Numbered from the stretch's first letter, positions 1 to 37,096 are shown. The stretch is 64,000 bases of DNA from Macrostomum lignano (GCA_002269645.1 NIVC01001764.1:97049-161048), one strand, 5' to 3'. The notes: generated from the letters alone by a model not told the origin. Translations and numbers: made by a program.

Positions 1-23261
<23,261 letters not shown>

Positions 23262-23385
23262 TTCCTGCGTAAAATACTCGTTGGTCAATTTGATTTGTGC
23301 GCCTGGGATTCAGGTCCTTCACACAGGAAGGTCTTGTGAGTTGAACACTTTCAATTAAGTCTCTGAAAAGGGGACTGCTGCCCAA

Positions 23386-23415
23386 CCAATGGACAAATGC
23401 TTCAATTCTCATTGG
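23386..23415 (-). promoter_or_regulatory. Two oppositely oriented CCAAT boxes, candidate convertase promoter
   Basis: CCAAT at 23386-23390 (+) and ATTGG at 23411-23415, 125-155 bp upstream of the ATG. Motif presence only. Confidence 0.3.
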
Positions 23416-23549
23416 CTGCTCAGTGCAGACTGGAGCCAGGCGACAAAATTCTTTGCACACTACTCAAACTAGTAGGATATTAAAATATTTAACGATAAGC
23501 TTGATTTGTGATTTTTCGTAACTTATTTGTATTCAAATTCATCCATGAT

Positions 23550-24294
23550 ATTGACTTAGCATTGGATTAGCAATCTATTCTACTCTAATTGATCTCAATT
23601 ATATTGGCTAGATTAGCAATCCATTCTTTTCCAATTGATCCCAATGATATTGACTAGATTAGCAATCCATTCTTTTCCAATTGATCCCAATGATATTGGC
23701 TAGATTAGCAATCCATTCTTTTCCAATTGATCCCAATTATATTGACTAGATTAGCAATCTATTCTACTCCAATTGATCCCAATTATATTGACTAGATTAG
23801 CAATCCATTCTTTTTTAATTGATCCCAATTATATTGACTAGATTAGCAATCCATTCTTTTCCAATTGATCCCAATTATATGGGCTAGATTAGCAGTCCAT
23901 TCTTTTTTAATTGATCTCAATTATATTGACTAGATTAGCAATCCATTCTTTTTTAATTGATCCCAATGATATTGACTAGATTAGCAATCCATTCTTTTTT
24001 AATTGATCTCAATTATATTGACTAGATTAGCAATCCATTCTTTTCCAATTGATCCCAATGATATTGACTAGATTAGCAATCCATTCTTTTCCAATTGATC
24101 CCAATGATATTGACTAGATTAGCAATCCATTCTTTTCCAATTGATCCCAATGATATTGACTAGATTAGCAATCCATTCTTTTCTAATTGATCCCAATGAT
24201 ATTGACTAGATTAGCAATCCATTCTTTTCCAATTGATCCCAATTATATTGACTAGATTAGCAATCCATTCTTTTCCAATTGATCCCAATGATAT
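23550..24294 (+). repeat. 46-bp satellite, left segment (about 16 units)
   Basis: GATATTGACTAGATTAGCAATCCATTCTTTTCCAATTGATCCCAAT units, cut by the retrotransposon. Confidence 0.96.
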
Positions 24295-24468
24295 TATGGG
24301 TATTTTGTTGTACTTTTTATTTGCAACTCAGTTTGTCATAAATTACCATAGACTAATTTCCTTTTACAGTTCTTTCTCGCAGTTAAGTTTCTCGCCCCAA
24401 GCCCTCTCGTCTTTAACTCATAAAATATATTGCAATTCAAATCTAAGTTAAGTTGTAGTTTCACTACA
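24295..24468 (+). repeat. 5' LTR
   Basis: TATGGGTATTTTG...GTTTCACTACA; appears identical to 28836-29009 by eye. Confidence 0.95.
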
Positions 24469-24471
24469 AAT

Positions 24472-24487
24472 TGGTCCGGTGAGGCGG
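24472..24487 (+). promoter_or_regulatory. Primer binding site
   Basis: TGGTCCGGTGAGGCGG 3 nt after the 5' LTR; TGG complements tRNA CCA. Confidence 0.8.
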
Positions 24488-24533
24488 CGAAAGATATTAC
24501 TCGCATACTCAATACTCACAGAAGACAAATCCA

Positions 24534-25439
24534 ATGACGGACAGTGCAAGCAACAATTCCGCTCCTACACCACCTACAACCACGCAAGCCGCACCAAGTT
24601 CGGCCGCACCAGTGGTTACACATGCAGTAGGAAACGCCGCCGACACCGCTTCAGTCTCCCTGGCCCACCTGAAGCTGCCAATCTTCTATCGCAACAACCC
24701 GGAAGCATGGTTCCTCACGCTGGAGGCCCAGTTTATGCTCAACAGGGTGACCAACGAGACCGCCAAATTTTACCACCTAGTCTCTCATCTACCGGAGGAT
24801 ATCGCGGCTCTGCACTTGTCCGCTCAGACTCCAAAATAGTATGAACAACTGAAAACAGCGATTACATCGACTCTGCAAAAGTCCAAGCAGCAGAAGGTTT
24901 CGGAAGTATTGCAAGTCTCGGACCTCGGAGGAGACAAGCCATCAATCTTCATGCGCAAACTCCGGAGCAAGATGGAGCAGTGCCAGATACAGCCCGACGA
25001 GGAACTCCTCAAGGCCACTCTGATGCGCTGTCTTCCACAGGACCTTCGTATCGCACTGTCGGGATTCCAACAGCAGTCATCCCAGCAAATTTCCGAGATT
25101 GCTGACTCGATGTTGGTCGTCAGAGGCCTTAGCTCTCCATCGCCAGCGACAGTTTGTCCAATTCAGCAGGCCGGTGCAGATAGGACACCCCAACAGCGCT
25201 TTGAGCAAGCTCCACACCGACAAGCACCTGGTAAGCCCACTGGAACAGACCCATTTAAGCCTGGCCAACGCCCCGTCGTTTGCCGCTCACACCTCTACTA
25301 TGGCCGCCGTGCTCGGTCGTGTCGCCCCTGGTGCCAGTTTCCCAAGGACAGCTCGCGTCCGATCCGAGTGCTGCATCCCAATGAAAAAACGCCATCTCAG
25401 TCGCGTTCATCATCACCTTCTCGACAGCCGGAAAACTAA
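24534..25439 (+). CDS. gag: Gag, interrupted by in-frame TAG at 24837-24839
   Basis: [22 protein letters not shown]...YEQLK...LGGDKPS..MRKL and C-terminal C-x2-H-x9-C-x3-C ([18 protein letters not shown]). Track ORFs 24534 and 24909 are in the same frame. Confidence 0.88.
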
Positions 25440-25467
25440 ATCGCACTGCGACCGAGGTCGCGGTGCG
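25430..25467 (+). promoter_or_regulatory. Programmed -1 frameshift signal (slippery site and stem-loop)
   Basis: G GAA AAC (25430-25436) directly before the gag TAA; 5-nt spacer; 11-bp stem 25442-25452/25457-25467 with one G-U pair and a CGAG loop; -1 frame open into protease. Confidence 0.75.
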
Positions 25468-28400
25468 CAGTGCCGAGATACCATCGACCACCTGTTTGGA
25501 GTTAGATGTTAAAATCAACAATACCTACAGCAAGTTTCTTGTGGATACCGGAGCCTCGGTTTCCATAGTTCCACCTCACCTCGTTAACGCACTCGTTCAA
25601 GATACAAACGTTCGTTTAATTACTGCTAACGGAGCCGCCATACCAGTTCGCGGGTCGGTCCTACTGGATGTCTCAATCCGCGGTTTGCGTCGCGCCTTCC
25701 AATGGACCTTCCTCGTGGCGTCAGTGGTGAAGCCCATCATTGGTTACGATTTCTTGGCTCACCATGGGTTAGTTGTCGATTGTCAGCGCAAACACGTTCG
25801 AGACTCAGAAACAGGACTGTCTACTGTTACCTTGTCAATTTCAAATGTTCATTGTGGCCCGTTCACTGTGTCGGTAGAACTGCCACCCAACCTGGATTCT
25901 CGGACGAGTACGCTGTTGACAAAGTTTGCAAACTGTTTTTCTTTCGTTGAAGGCGGAGCCCTTCCGCCAGCTTCAGAGGTCAAGCATGACACTGTTCATC
26001 GACTAGACACTGGTAGTGGACAACCGGTTCACTTGCGACCCCGGCAACTGCACCCTGCAAAACTACAGGCTGCAAAGCAAGAGTTTCAGCAGCTAATCGA
26101 TGCTGGCTACCTCAGACCTTCCTCAAGCGCTTGGGCGTCACCCCTCCACATGGCACCCAAGGGAGCTGGCTGGCGTCCGTGCGGTGACTATCGCGAATTG
26201 AACAAACGAACAAAGCCGGACAACTATCCGGTTCCACACATTCAAACCTTCACTCGGTACCTACACGGAAGCACTGTGTTTTCAAAGTTAGACCTTGTTC
26301 GCGCCTTTCATCAAATTCCAGTCGCCGAAGAGGATATTTGCAAAACCGCTATCACCACACCGTTTGGATTGTTCGAGTACACACGCATGCCCTTCGGCCT
26401 GAGGAATGCAGCACAAACATTTCAACGCTTCATTGACTCTGTTTTTCACGGACTGTCATTCGTCATCTCTTACATCGATGATGTCCTGATATTCTCAAAG
26501 ACTCGTGAGGACCACTACTCACATTTGGAACAAGTTTTGGACCGCCTAAGAACACACGGCCTACAGGTTCATTTGAAGAAGTGCGAATTCTTTCAGTCCG
26601 AGGTAGATTTCCTTGGCCATCGCGTGACTCCTGAAGGAATAAAACCTCTCCAGAAGAAGATCCAAATAATCACTGACTGGCCGACACCCACGGATTCGAA
26701 CGCACTTCGGCGCTTCCTCGGTGTCGTCGGTTTCTACCGTCGATTCGTTCCCAACTTTGCCGACTGCATCTGTCCGCTGCAAGACCTACTCACTGCATCA
26801 CTACAGTCAGCAGGAAACTTCCAATGGACAGAGCAGCATCAGAAATCTTTCGAAAACATCAAACTAGCTCTCTCAGAGAGACTACTGCTGCATCATCCGG
26901 ACCCCAACTGTACTGCGTACCACCTGTACACTGATGCCTCAGCCGACTGTGTTGGTGCCGTTCTGCATCAAACCTCTTCAACCGGAACGTCACCTCTTGG
27001 CATGTTCAGCAAGAAGTTGTCGTCATCTCAAAGGATGTACAGCACGTTCGACCGAGAACTACTCGCGCGTACCTGGCAGTGTTGCACTTCCGCAGCCTCA
27101 TTGAAGGACTGAGCGTGACCTTGTTCACCGATCATAAACCACTAGCTCAGGCCTTCCACGCCAATCGCACCACTACGTCAGATCGCAATCAGCGCTACTT
27201 GACCGTCTTGTCCGAGTACGTGGCAGATGTCCAGTACATTCGCGGTGCAGACAACGTAATAGCTGATGCCCTTTCTCGACTGCCTGACTTCCCAGTGAAT
27301 GATCACGTGTCCAACATCGCAACAGTCGCTGTAGTCGCTGCCCCATCAAGCCAATTCCCTGTTGATCTGCCCAGTATCGCTGAAGCACAACGACAGGAGT
27401 CGTTCTCAGCTGCACCAAATATTCGATCGTATTCTCTGGACAAAGACGTCGTCGTTTGGTGTGAGACGTCAACGCCGTATCCTCGCCCGATCATTCCGCC
27501 GTCCCTCCGCGACGCCGTGATTGCCTCCTTCCATCGACTTGGTCATTTCGGCTACCGTAAAACAGCAAAACTCATCACAGAACGTTACTTTTGGCCCGGA
27601 ATGCGCAAGTCCATCAAGACCTACTGCTGGAACTGCCAGGACTGCCAACGGAGTAAAGTCACTCGCCACACTGTCTCCCCGCAACAGGCCTTCGCACTAC
27701 CATCAAATCGCTTTGAGGCGGTACACATTGATATTGTGGGACCACTTCCACCAGCTAATGCTACCACCTTTGGCCACCAGTCTGCCCGCTACCTTCTCAC
27801 GATGGTCGACCGCTCGACTGGCTGGCTAGAAGCTACACCACTGGAATCAATAACCGCGGAAGTAGTCGCCCATGCATTCGTCTCATCTTGGGTCTCGCGC
27901 TACGGAGTGCCACTGTATGTAATCACTGATCGGGGGCGCCAGTTCGAATCAGAATTCTTTCACTCGGTCTCGTCATCAATTGGTTTTCATCGATTACGCA
28001 CAACGGCCTACCACCCTCAAACCAATGGCAAGGTCGAGCGAGCCCATCGCACCCTGAAGACGATGCTACGTGCTCGAGGCAATGACTGGCTGACAGACCT
28101 ACCTGTGGCTCTCCTCGCGATGCACGTCGCACCTGACGACCAAGGAATATCACCGTTCACCAGGGTTACGGGCGAGCTTCCGATGGTTCCGCGCATTCTA
28201 ACTTCTGAACCACTCGCCCCAACGGACATTCGGACACGGCTGCAGGAACTGCTGACAGAGTTACCGAGTCCACACGCGAAGACGCACGAACCACGGAGCT
28301 ACGTACCCAAGGACCTGGAAATGGCTGAATTCGTCTGGGTTCGGGTCGATCGCGTGCGGTCGCCGCTCGAGGCGCCGTACTCAGGGCCGTATCGCGTGAA

Positions 28401-28641
28401 ACAGCGAACTGACAAGTTCTTCGTTATTTTCCTACCGTCAGGCAACACCGAATCTGTCTCTATCGATCGCCTCAAGCCGGCGCGACTTTCGCTTCCGAAG
28501 TCGGCTGTTCAGCCGGCCGCGAACTCGCTGCCGGAAAAAGCCGCCAAACCAAAGGAACCGGTGGACTCATCACCTCCTAGAGCGACCTCTAGCGGCCGCC
28601 GAGTCCAATTCCGACGCCATAATGATTACATTTATTATTAA
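25430..28641 (+). CDS. pol: Pol (aspartic protease, RT, RNase H, integrase with GPY/F), -1 frame relative to gag; 1-nt frameshift near 27067
   Basis: [26 protein letters not shown]...[29 protein letters not shown]. Confidence 0.95.
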
Positions 28642-28821
28642 CCTTGTAATGTATAACGTCTACTGACTGCTGTTCCAATGTTCTCAATATTTCTCAATGT
28701 TCAACCCTTCATATAAAATTTAGCTCGTATTTCAACTGTATAACCGCTTCGTTTCAATAATTTAAGCCATTCCACCATTTTATAATTCAGTTACAGTCTC
28801 TTTTCCCCGTGCTCCGCAATT

Positions 28822-28832
28822 GGAGGGGGGAG
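28822..28832 (+). promoter_or_regulatory. Polypurine tract
   Basis: GGAGGGGGGAG, 3 nt before the 3' LTR. Confidence 0.9.
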
Positions 28833-28835
28833 TCG

Positions 28836-29009
28836 TATGGGTATTTTGTTGTACTTTTTATTTGCAACTCAGTTTGTCATAAATTACCATAGACTAATTT
28901 CCTTTTACAGTTCTTTCTCGCAGTTAAGTTTCTCGCCCCAAGCCCTCTCGTCTTTAACTCATAAAATATATTGCAATTCAAATCTAAGTTAAGTTGTAGT
29001 TTCACTACA
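28836..29009 (+). repeat. 3' LTR
   Basis: Direct repeat of 24295-24468, preceded by the PPT and followed by ATATT of the satellite. Confidence 0.95.
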
Positions 29010-32000
29010 ATATTGACTAGATTAGCAATCCATTCTATTCAAATTCATCTCCATGATATTGGCTAGATTAGCAATCCATTCTTTTCCAATTGATCCCAAT
29101 GATATTGACTAGATTAGCAATCCATTCTTTTCCAATTGATCCCAATGATATTGACTAGATTAGCAATCCATTCTTTTCCAATTGATCCCAATGATATTGA
29201 CTAGATTAGCAATCCATTCTTTTCCAATTGATCCCAATTATATTGACTAGATTAGCAATCCATTCTTTTCCAATTGATCCCAATGATATTGACTAGATTA
29301 GCAATCCATTCTTTTTTAATTGATCCCAATTATATTGAGTAGATTAGCAATCCATTCTATTCCAATTGATCCCAATGATATTGACTAGATTAGCAATCCA
29401 TTCTTTTCCAATTGATCCCAATGATATTGACTAGATTAGCAATCCATTCTATTCCAATTGATCCCAATTATATTGACTAGATTAGCAATCCATTCTTTTT
29501 TATTTGATCCCAATGATATTGACTAGATTAGCAATCCATTCTTTTCCAATTGATCCCAATTATATTGACTAGATTAGCAATCCATTCTATTCCAATTGAT
29601 CCCAATGATATTGACTAGATTAGCAATCCATTCTTATCCAATTGATCCCAATGATATTGACTAGATTAGCAATCCATTCTTTTTTATTTGATCCCAATGA
29701 TATTGACTAGATTAGCAATCCATTCTATTCCAATTGATCCCAATTATATTGACTAGATTAGCAATCCATTCTTTTTTAATTGATCCCAATGATATTGACT
29801 AGATTAGCAATCCATTCTTTTTTAATTGATCCCAATTATATTGACTAGATTAGCAATCCATTCTTTTCCAATTGATCCCAATTATATTGACTAGATTAGC
29901 AATCCATTCTTTTCCAATTGATCCCAATTATATGGGCTAGATTAGCAATCCATTCTTTTCCAATTGATCCCAATTATATGGGCTAGATTAGCAATCCATT
30001 CTTTTCCAATTGATCCCAATTATATTGACTAGATTAGCAATCTATTCTACTCCAATTGATCCCAATTCTATTGACTAGATTAGCAATACATTCTTTTTTA
30101 ATTGATCCCAATTATATTGACTAGATTAGCAATCCATTCTTTTCCAATTGATCCCAATGATATTGACTAGATTAGCAATCCATTCTTTTTTAATTGATCC
30201 CAATTATATTGACTAGATTAGCAATCCATTCTTTTCCAATTGATCCCAATTATATGGGCTAGATTAGCAATCCATTCTTTTCCAATTGATCCCAATTATA
30301 TTGACTAGATTAGCAATCTATTCTATTCCAATTGATCCCAATTATATTGACTAGATTAGCAATCTATTCTACTCCAATTGATCTCAATTATATTGACTAG
30401 ATTAGCAATCCATTCTACTCCAATTGATCCCAATGATATTGACTAGATTAGCAATCCATTCTTTTCCAATTGATCCCATTTATATTGACTAGATTAGCAA
30501 TCTATTCTATTCCAATTGATCCCAATGATATTGACTAGATTAGCAATCTATTCTATTTTAATTGATCCCAATGATATTGACTAGATTAGCAATCCATTCT
30601 TTTCCAATTGATCCCAATGATATTGACTAGATTAGCAATCCATTCTATTCCAATTGATCCCAATGATATTGACTAGATTAGCAATCCATTCTTTTTTAAT
30701 TGATCTCAATTATATTGACTAGATTAGCAATCCATTCTTTTCCAATTGATCCCAATGATATTGACTAGATTAGCAATCCATTCTTTTCCAATTGATCCCA
30801 ATGATATTGACTAGATTAGCAATCCATTCTTTTTTAATTGATCTCAATTATATTGACTAGATTAGCAATCCATTCTTTTCCAATTGATCCCAATGATATT
30901 GACTAGATTAGCAATCCATTCTATTCCAATTCATCTCCATGATATTGGCTAGATTAGCAATCCATTCTTTTCCAATTGATCCCAATGATATTGACTAGAT
31001 AAGCAATCCATTCTTTTCCAATTGATCCCAATGATATTGACTAGATTAGCAATCCATTCTTTTCCAATTGATCCCAATGATATTGACTAGATTAGCAATC
31101 CATTCTTTTCCAATTGATCCCAATTATATTGACTAGATTAGCAATCCATTCTTTTCCAATTGATCCCAATTATATTGACTAGATTAGCAATCCATTCTTT
31201 TCCAATTGATCCCAATGATATTGACTAGATTAGCAATCCATTCTTTTTTAATTGATCCCAATTATATTGACTAGATTAGCAATCCATTCTATTCCAATTG
31301 ATCCCAATTATATTGACTAGATTAGCAATCCATTCTTTTCTAATTGATCCCAATGATATTGACTAGATTAGCAATCCATTCTTTTCCAATTGATCCCAAT
31401 GATATTGACTAGATTAGCAATCCATTCTATTCCAATTGATCCCAATGATATTGACTAGATTAGCAATCCATTCTTTTCCAATTGATCCCAATGATATTGA
31501 CTAGATTAGCAATCCATTCTATTCCAATTGATCCCAATGATATTGACTAGATTAGCAATCCATTCTTTTTTATTTGATCCCAATGATATTGACTAGATTA
31601 GCAATCCATTCTTTTCCAATTGATCCCAATGATATTGACTAGATTAGCAATCCATTCTTTTTTATTTGATCCCAATGATATTGACTAGATTAGCAATCCA
31701 TTCTATTCCAATTGATCCCAATTATATTGACTAGATTAGCAATCCATTCTTTTCCAATTGATCCCAATGATATTGACTAGATTAGCAATCCATTCCATTC
31801 CAATTGATCCCAATGATATTGACTAGATTAGCAATCCATTCTATTCCAATTGATCCCAATGATATTGACTAGATTAGCAATCCATTCTTTTTTATTTGAT
31901 CCCAATGATATTGACTAGATTAGCAATCCATTCTTTTCCAATTGATCCCAATGATATTGACTAGATTAGCAATCCATTCTATTCCAATTGATCCCAATGA

Positions 32001-35000
32001 TATTGACTAGATTAGCAATCCATTCTTTTCCAATTGATCCCAATGATATTGACTAGATTAGCAATCCATTCTTTTCCAATTGATCCCAATGATATTGACT
32101 AGATTAGCAATCCATTCTTTTCCAATTGATCCCAATGATATTGGCTAGATTAGCAATCCATTCTTTTCCAATTGATCCCAATGATATTGACTAGATTAGC
32201 AATCCATTCTTTTCCAATTGATCCCAATTATATTGACTAGATTAGCAATCCATTCTATTCCAATTGATCCCAATGATATTGACTAGATTAGCAATCCATT
32301 CTTTTCCAATTGATCCCAATGATATTGACTAGATTAGCAATCCATTCTTTTCCAATTGATCCCAATGATATTGACTAGATTAGCAATCCATTCTTTTCCA
32401 ATTGATCCCAATGATATTGACTAGATTAGCAATCCATTCTTTTCTAATTGATCCCAATGATATTGACTAGATTAGCAATCCATTCTTTTCCAATTGATCC
32501 CAATTATATTGACTAGATTAGCAATCCATTCTTTTCCAATTGATCCCAATGATATTGACTAGATTAGCAATCCATTCTATTCCAATTCATCTCCATGATA
32601 TTGGCTAGATTAGCAATCCATTCTTTTCCAATTGATCCCAATGATATTGACTAGATTAGCAATCCATTCTTTTCCAATTGATCCCAATGATATTGACTAG
32701 ATTAGCAATCCATTCTTTTCCAATTGATCCCAATTATATTGACTAGATAAGCAATCCATTCTTTTCCAATTGATCCCAATGATATTGACTAGATTAGCAA
32801 TCCATTCTTTTCCAATTGATCCCAATGATATGGACTAGATTAGCAATCCATTCTATTCCAATTGATCCCAATGATATTGACTAGATTAGCAATCCATTCT
32901 TTTCCAATTGATCCCAATGATATTGACTAGATTAGCAATCCATTCTTTTCCAATTGATCCCAATTATATTGACTAGATTAGCAATCCATTCTATTCCAAT
33001 TGATCCCAATTATATTGACTAGATTAGCAATCCATTCTTTTTTATTTGATCCCAATGATATTGACTAGATTAGCAATCCATTCTTTTTTATTCGATCCCA
33101 ATGATATTGACTAGATTAGCAATCCATTCTATTCCAATTGATCCCAATTATATTGACTAGATTAGCAATCCATTCTTTTTTAATTGATCCCAATGATATT
33201 GACTAGATTAGCAATCCATTCTTTTTTAATTGATCCCAATTATATTGACTAGATTAGCAATCCATTCTTTTCCAATTGATCCCAATTATATTGACTAGAT
33301 TAGCAATCCATTCTTTTCCAATTGATCCCAATTATATGGGCTAGATTAGCAATCCATTCTTTTCCAATTGATCCCAATTATATGGGCTAGATTAGCAATC
33401 CATTCTTTTCCAATTGATCCCAATTATATTGACTAGATTAGCAATCTATTCTACTCCAATTGATCCCAATTCTATTGACTAGATTAGCAATACATTCTTT
33501 TTTAATTGATCCCAATTATATTGACTAGATTAGCAATCCATTCTTTTCCAATTGATCCCAATTATATTGACTAGATTAGCAATCCATTCTTTTTTAATTG
33601 ATCCCAATGATATTGACTAGATTAGCAATCCATTCTATTCCAATTGATCCCAATTATATTGACTAGATTAGCAATCTATTCTATTCCAATTGATCCCAAT
33701 TATATTGACTAGATTAGCAATCTATTCTACTCCAATTGATCTCAATTATATTGACTAGATTAGCAATCCATTCTACTCCAATTGATCCCAATGATATTGA
33801 CTAGATTAGCAATCCATTCTTTTCCAATTGATCCCATTTATATTGACTAGATTAGCAATCTATTCTATTCCAATTGATCCCAATGATATTGACTAGATTA
33901 GCAATCTATTCTATTTTAATTGATCCCAATGATATTGACTAGATTAGCAATCCATTCTTTTCCAATTGATCCCAATGATATTGACTAGATTAGCAATCCA
34001 TTCTTTTCCAATTGATCCCAATGATATTGACTAGATTAGCAATCCATTCTTTTTTAATTGATCTCAATTATATTGACTAGATTAGCAATCCATTCTTTTC
34101 CAATTGATCCCAATGATATTGACTAGATTAGCAATCCATTCTTTTCCAATTGATCCCAATGATATTGACTAGATTAGCAATCCATTCTTTTTTAATTGAT
34201 CTCAATTACATTGACTAGATTAGCAATCCATTCTTTTCCAATTGATCCCAATGATATTGACTAGATTAGCAATCCATTCTATTCCAATTCATCTCCATGA
34301 TATTGGCTAGATTAGCAATCCATTCTTTTTCAATTGATCCCAATTATATTGACTAGATTAGCAATCCATTCTATTCCAATTGATCCCAATTATATTGACT
34401 AGATTAGCAATCCATTCTTTTCTAATTGATCCCAATGATATTGACTAGATTAGCAATCCATTCTTTTCCAATTGATCCCAATGATATTGACTAGATTAGC
34501 AATCCATTCTATTCCAATTGATCCCAATGATATTGACTAGATTAGCAATCCATTCTTTTCCAATTGATCCCAATGATATTGACTAGATTAGCAATCCATT
34601 CTATTCCAATTGATCCCAATGATATTGACTAGATTAGCAATCCATTCTTTTTTATTTGATCCCAATGATATTGACTAGATTAGCAATCCATTCTTTTCCA
34701 ATTGATCCCAATGATATTGACTAGATTAGCAATCCATTCTTTTTTATTTGATCCCAATGATATTGACTAGATTAGCAATCCATTCTATTCCAATTGATCC
34801 CAATTATATTGACTAGATTAGCAATCCATTCTTTTCCAATTGATCCCAATGATATTGACTAGATTAGCAATCCATTCTATTCCAATTGATCCCAATGATA
34901 TTGACTAGATTAGCAATCCATTCTATTCCAATTGATCCCAATGATATTGACTAGATTAGCAATCCATTCTTTTTTGATCCCAATGATATTGACTAGATTA

Positions 35001-36720
35001 GCAATCCATTCTTTTCCAATTGATCCCAATGATATTGACTAGATTAGCAATCCATTCTATTCCAATTGATCCCAATGATATTGACTAGATTAGCAATCCA
35101 TTCTTTTCCAATTGATCCCAATGATATTGACTAGATTAGCAATCCATTCTTTTCCAATTGATCCCAATGATATTGACTAGATTAGCAATCCATTCTTTTC
35201 CAATTGATCCCAATGATATTGGCTAGATTAGCAATCCATTCTTTTCCAATTGATCCCAATGATATTGACTAGATTAGCAATCCATTCTTTTCCAATTGAT
35301 CCCAATGATATTGACTAGATTAGCAATCCATTCTATTCCAATTGATCCCAATGATATTGACTAGATTAGCAATCCATTCTTTTCCAATTGATCCCAATGA
35401 TATGGACTAGATTAGCAATCCATTCTTTTCCAATTGATCCCAATGATATTGACTAGATTAGCAATCCATTCTTTTCCAATTGATCCCAATGATATTGACT
35501 AGATTAGCAATCCATTCTTTTCCAATTGATCCCAATTATATTGACTAGATAAGCAATCCATTCTTTTCCAATTGATCCCAATGATATTGACTAGATTAGC
35601 AATCCATTCTTTTTTATTTGATCCCAATTATATTGACTAGATTAGCAATCCATTCTATTCCAATTGATCCCAATTATATTGACTAGATTAGCAATCCATT
35701 CTTTTTTATTTGATCCCAATGATATTGACTAGATTAGCAATCCATTCTTTTCCAATTGATCCCAATTATATTGACTAGATTAGCAATCCATTCTATTCCA
35801 ATTGATCCCAATGATATTGACTAGATTAGCAATCCATTCTTTTCCAATTGATCCCAATGATATTGACTAGATTAGCAATCCATTCTTTTTTATTTGATCC
35901 CAATGATATTGACTAGATTAGCAATCCATTCTATTCCAATTGATCCCAATTATATTGACTAGATTAGCAATCTATTCTATTCCAATTGATCCCAATTATA
36001 TTGACTAGATTAGCAATCCATTCTTTTCCAATTGATCCCAATTATATTGACTAGATTAGCAATCCATTCTTTTCCAATTGATCCCAATGATATTGACTAG
36101 ATTAGCAATCCATTCTATTCCAATTGATCCCAATGATATTGACTAGATTAGCAATCCATTCTTTTTTATTTGATCCCAATGATATTGACTAGATTAGCAA
36201 TCCATTCTTTTCCAATTGATCCCAATGATATTGACTAGATTAGCAATCCATTCTATTCCAATTGATCCCAATTATATTGACTAGATTAGCAATCCATTCT
36301 TTTCCAATTGATCCCAATTATATTGACTAGATTAGCAATCCATTCTTTTCCAATTGATCCCAATGATATTGACTAGATTAGCAATCCATTCTTTTCCAAT
36401 TGATCCCAATGATATTGGCTAGATTAGCAATCCAGTCTTTTCCAATTGATCCCAATGATATTGACTAGATTAGCAATCCATTCTTTTCCAATTGATCCCA
36501 ATTATATTGACTAGATTAGCAATTCATTCTATTCCAATTGATCCCAATTATATTGACTAGATTAGCAATCCATTCTTTTCCAATTGATCCCAATGATATT
36601 GACTAGATTAGCAATCCATTCTTTTTTATTTGATCCCAATGATATTGACTAGATTAGCAATCCATTCTTTTCCAATTGATCCCAATGATATTGGCTAGAT
36701 TAGCAATCCATTCTATTCCA
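29010..36720 (+). repeat. 46-bp satellite, right segment (about 167 units, 7.7 kb)
   Basis: Same unit; resumes in register after the 3' LTR. Confidence 0.98.
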
Positions 36721-37096
36721 TGTTGTGTGGAATGCGATTCAAATATATTGTGTCAAATCTTTCCTAACTGAGAAAAATATAAGTATGAACTTGGCATTTC
36801 GAGTTTTACGACACTGTCGCGGCTTATCGAAATCGAAGATTGTAAAATCTCGTCTCGAATGTCTGCAGAGAGGGGGCAGGCAGGCCCCGAATCCGGCCAG
36901 CAAAACACTTCGATTTGCAACGTGATAAGCAAAAAAATATATTTCATGATGTGGGAGATTTGGTGCAGCCATGCTGGACTATAAAAATTAATAATTTTTT
37001 AGCCATGATAATAAACATCTGTCCCGGATTTTTCAATTCAGAAACTGTTGGGATGGTTTGTAATAGAAAAAAACTCAGACGATAGATTAATTGTTA

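Larger units (their letters stand above)
24295..29009 (+). mobile_element. Ty3/gypsy (Metaviridae) LTR retrotransposon, structurally complete, 4.7 kb
   Basis: Two 174-bp LTRs, PBS, gag, pol in PR-RT-RH-IN order, polypurine tract; inserted into the 46-bp satellite with ATAT(T) on both sides. Confidence 0.97.
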
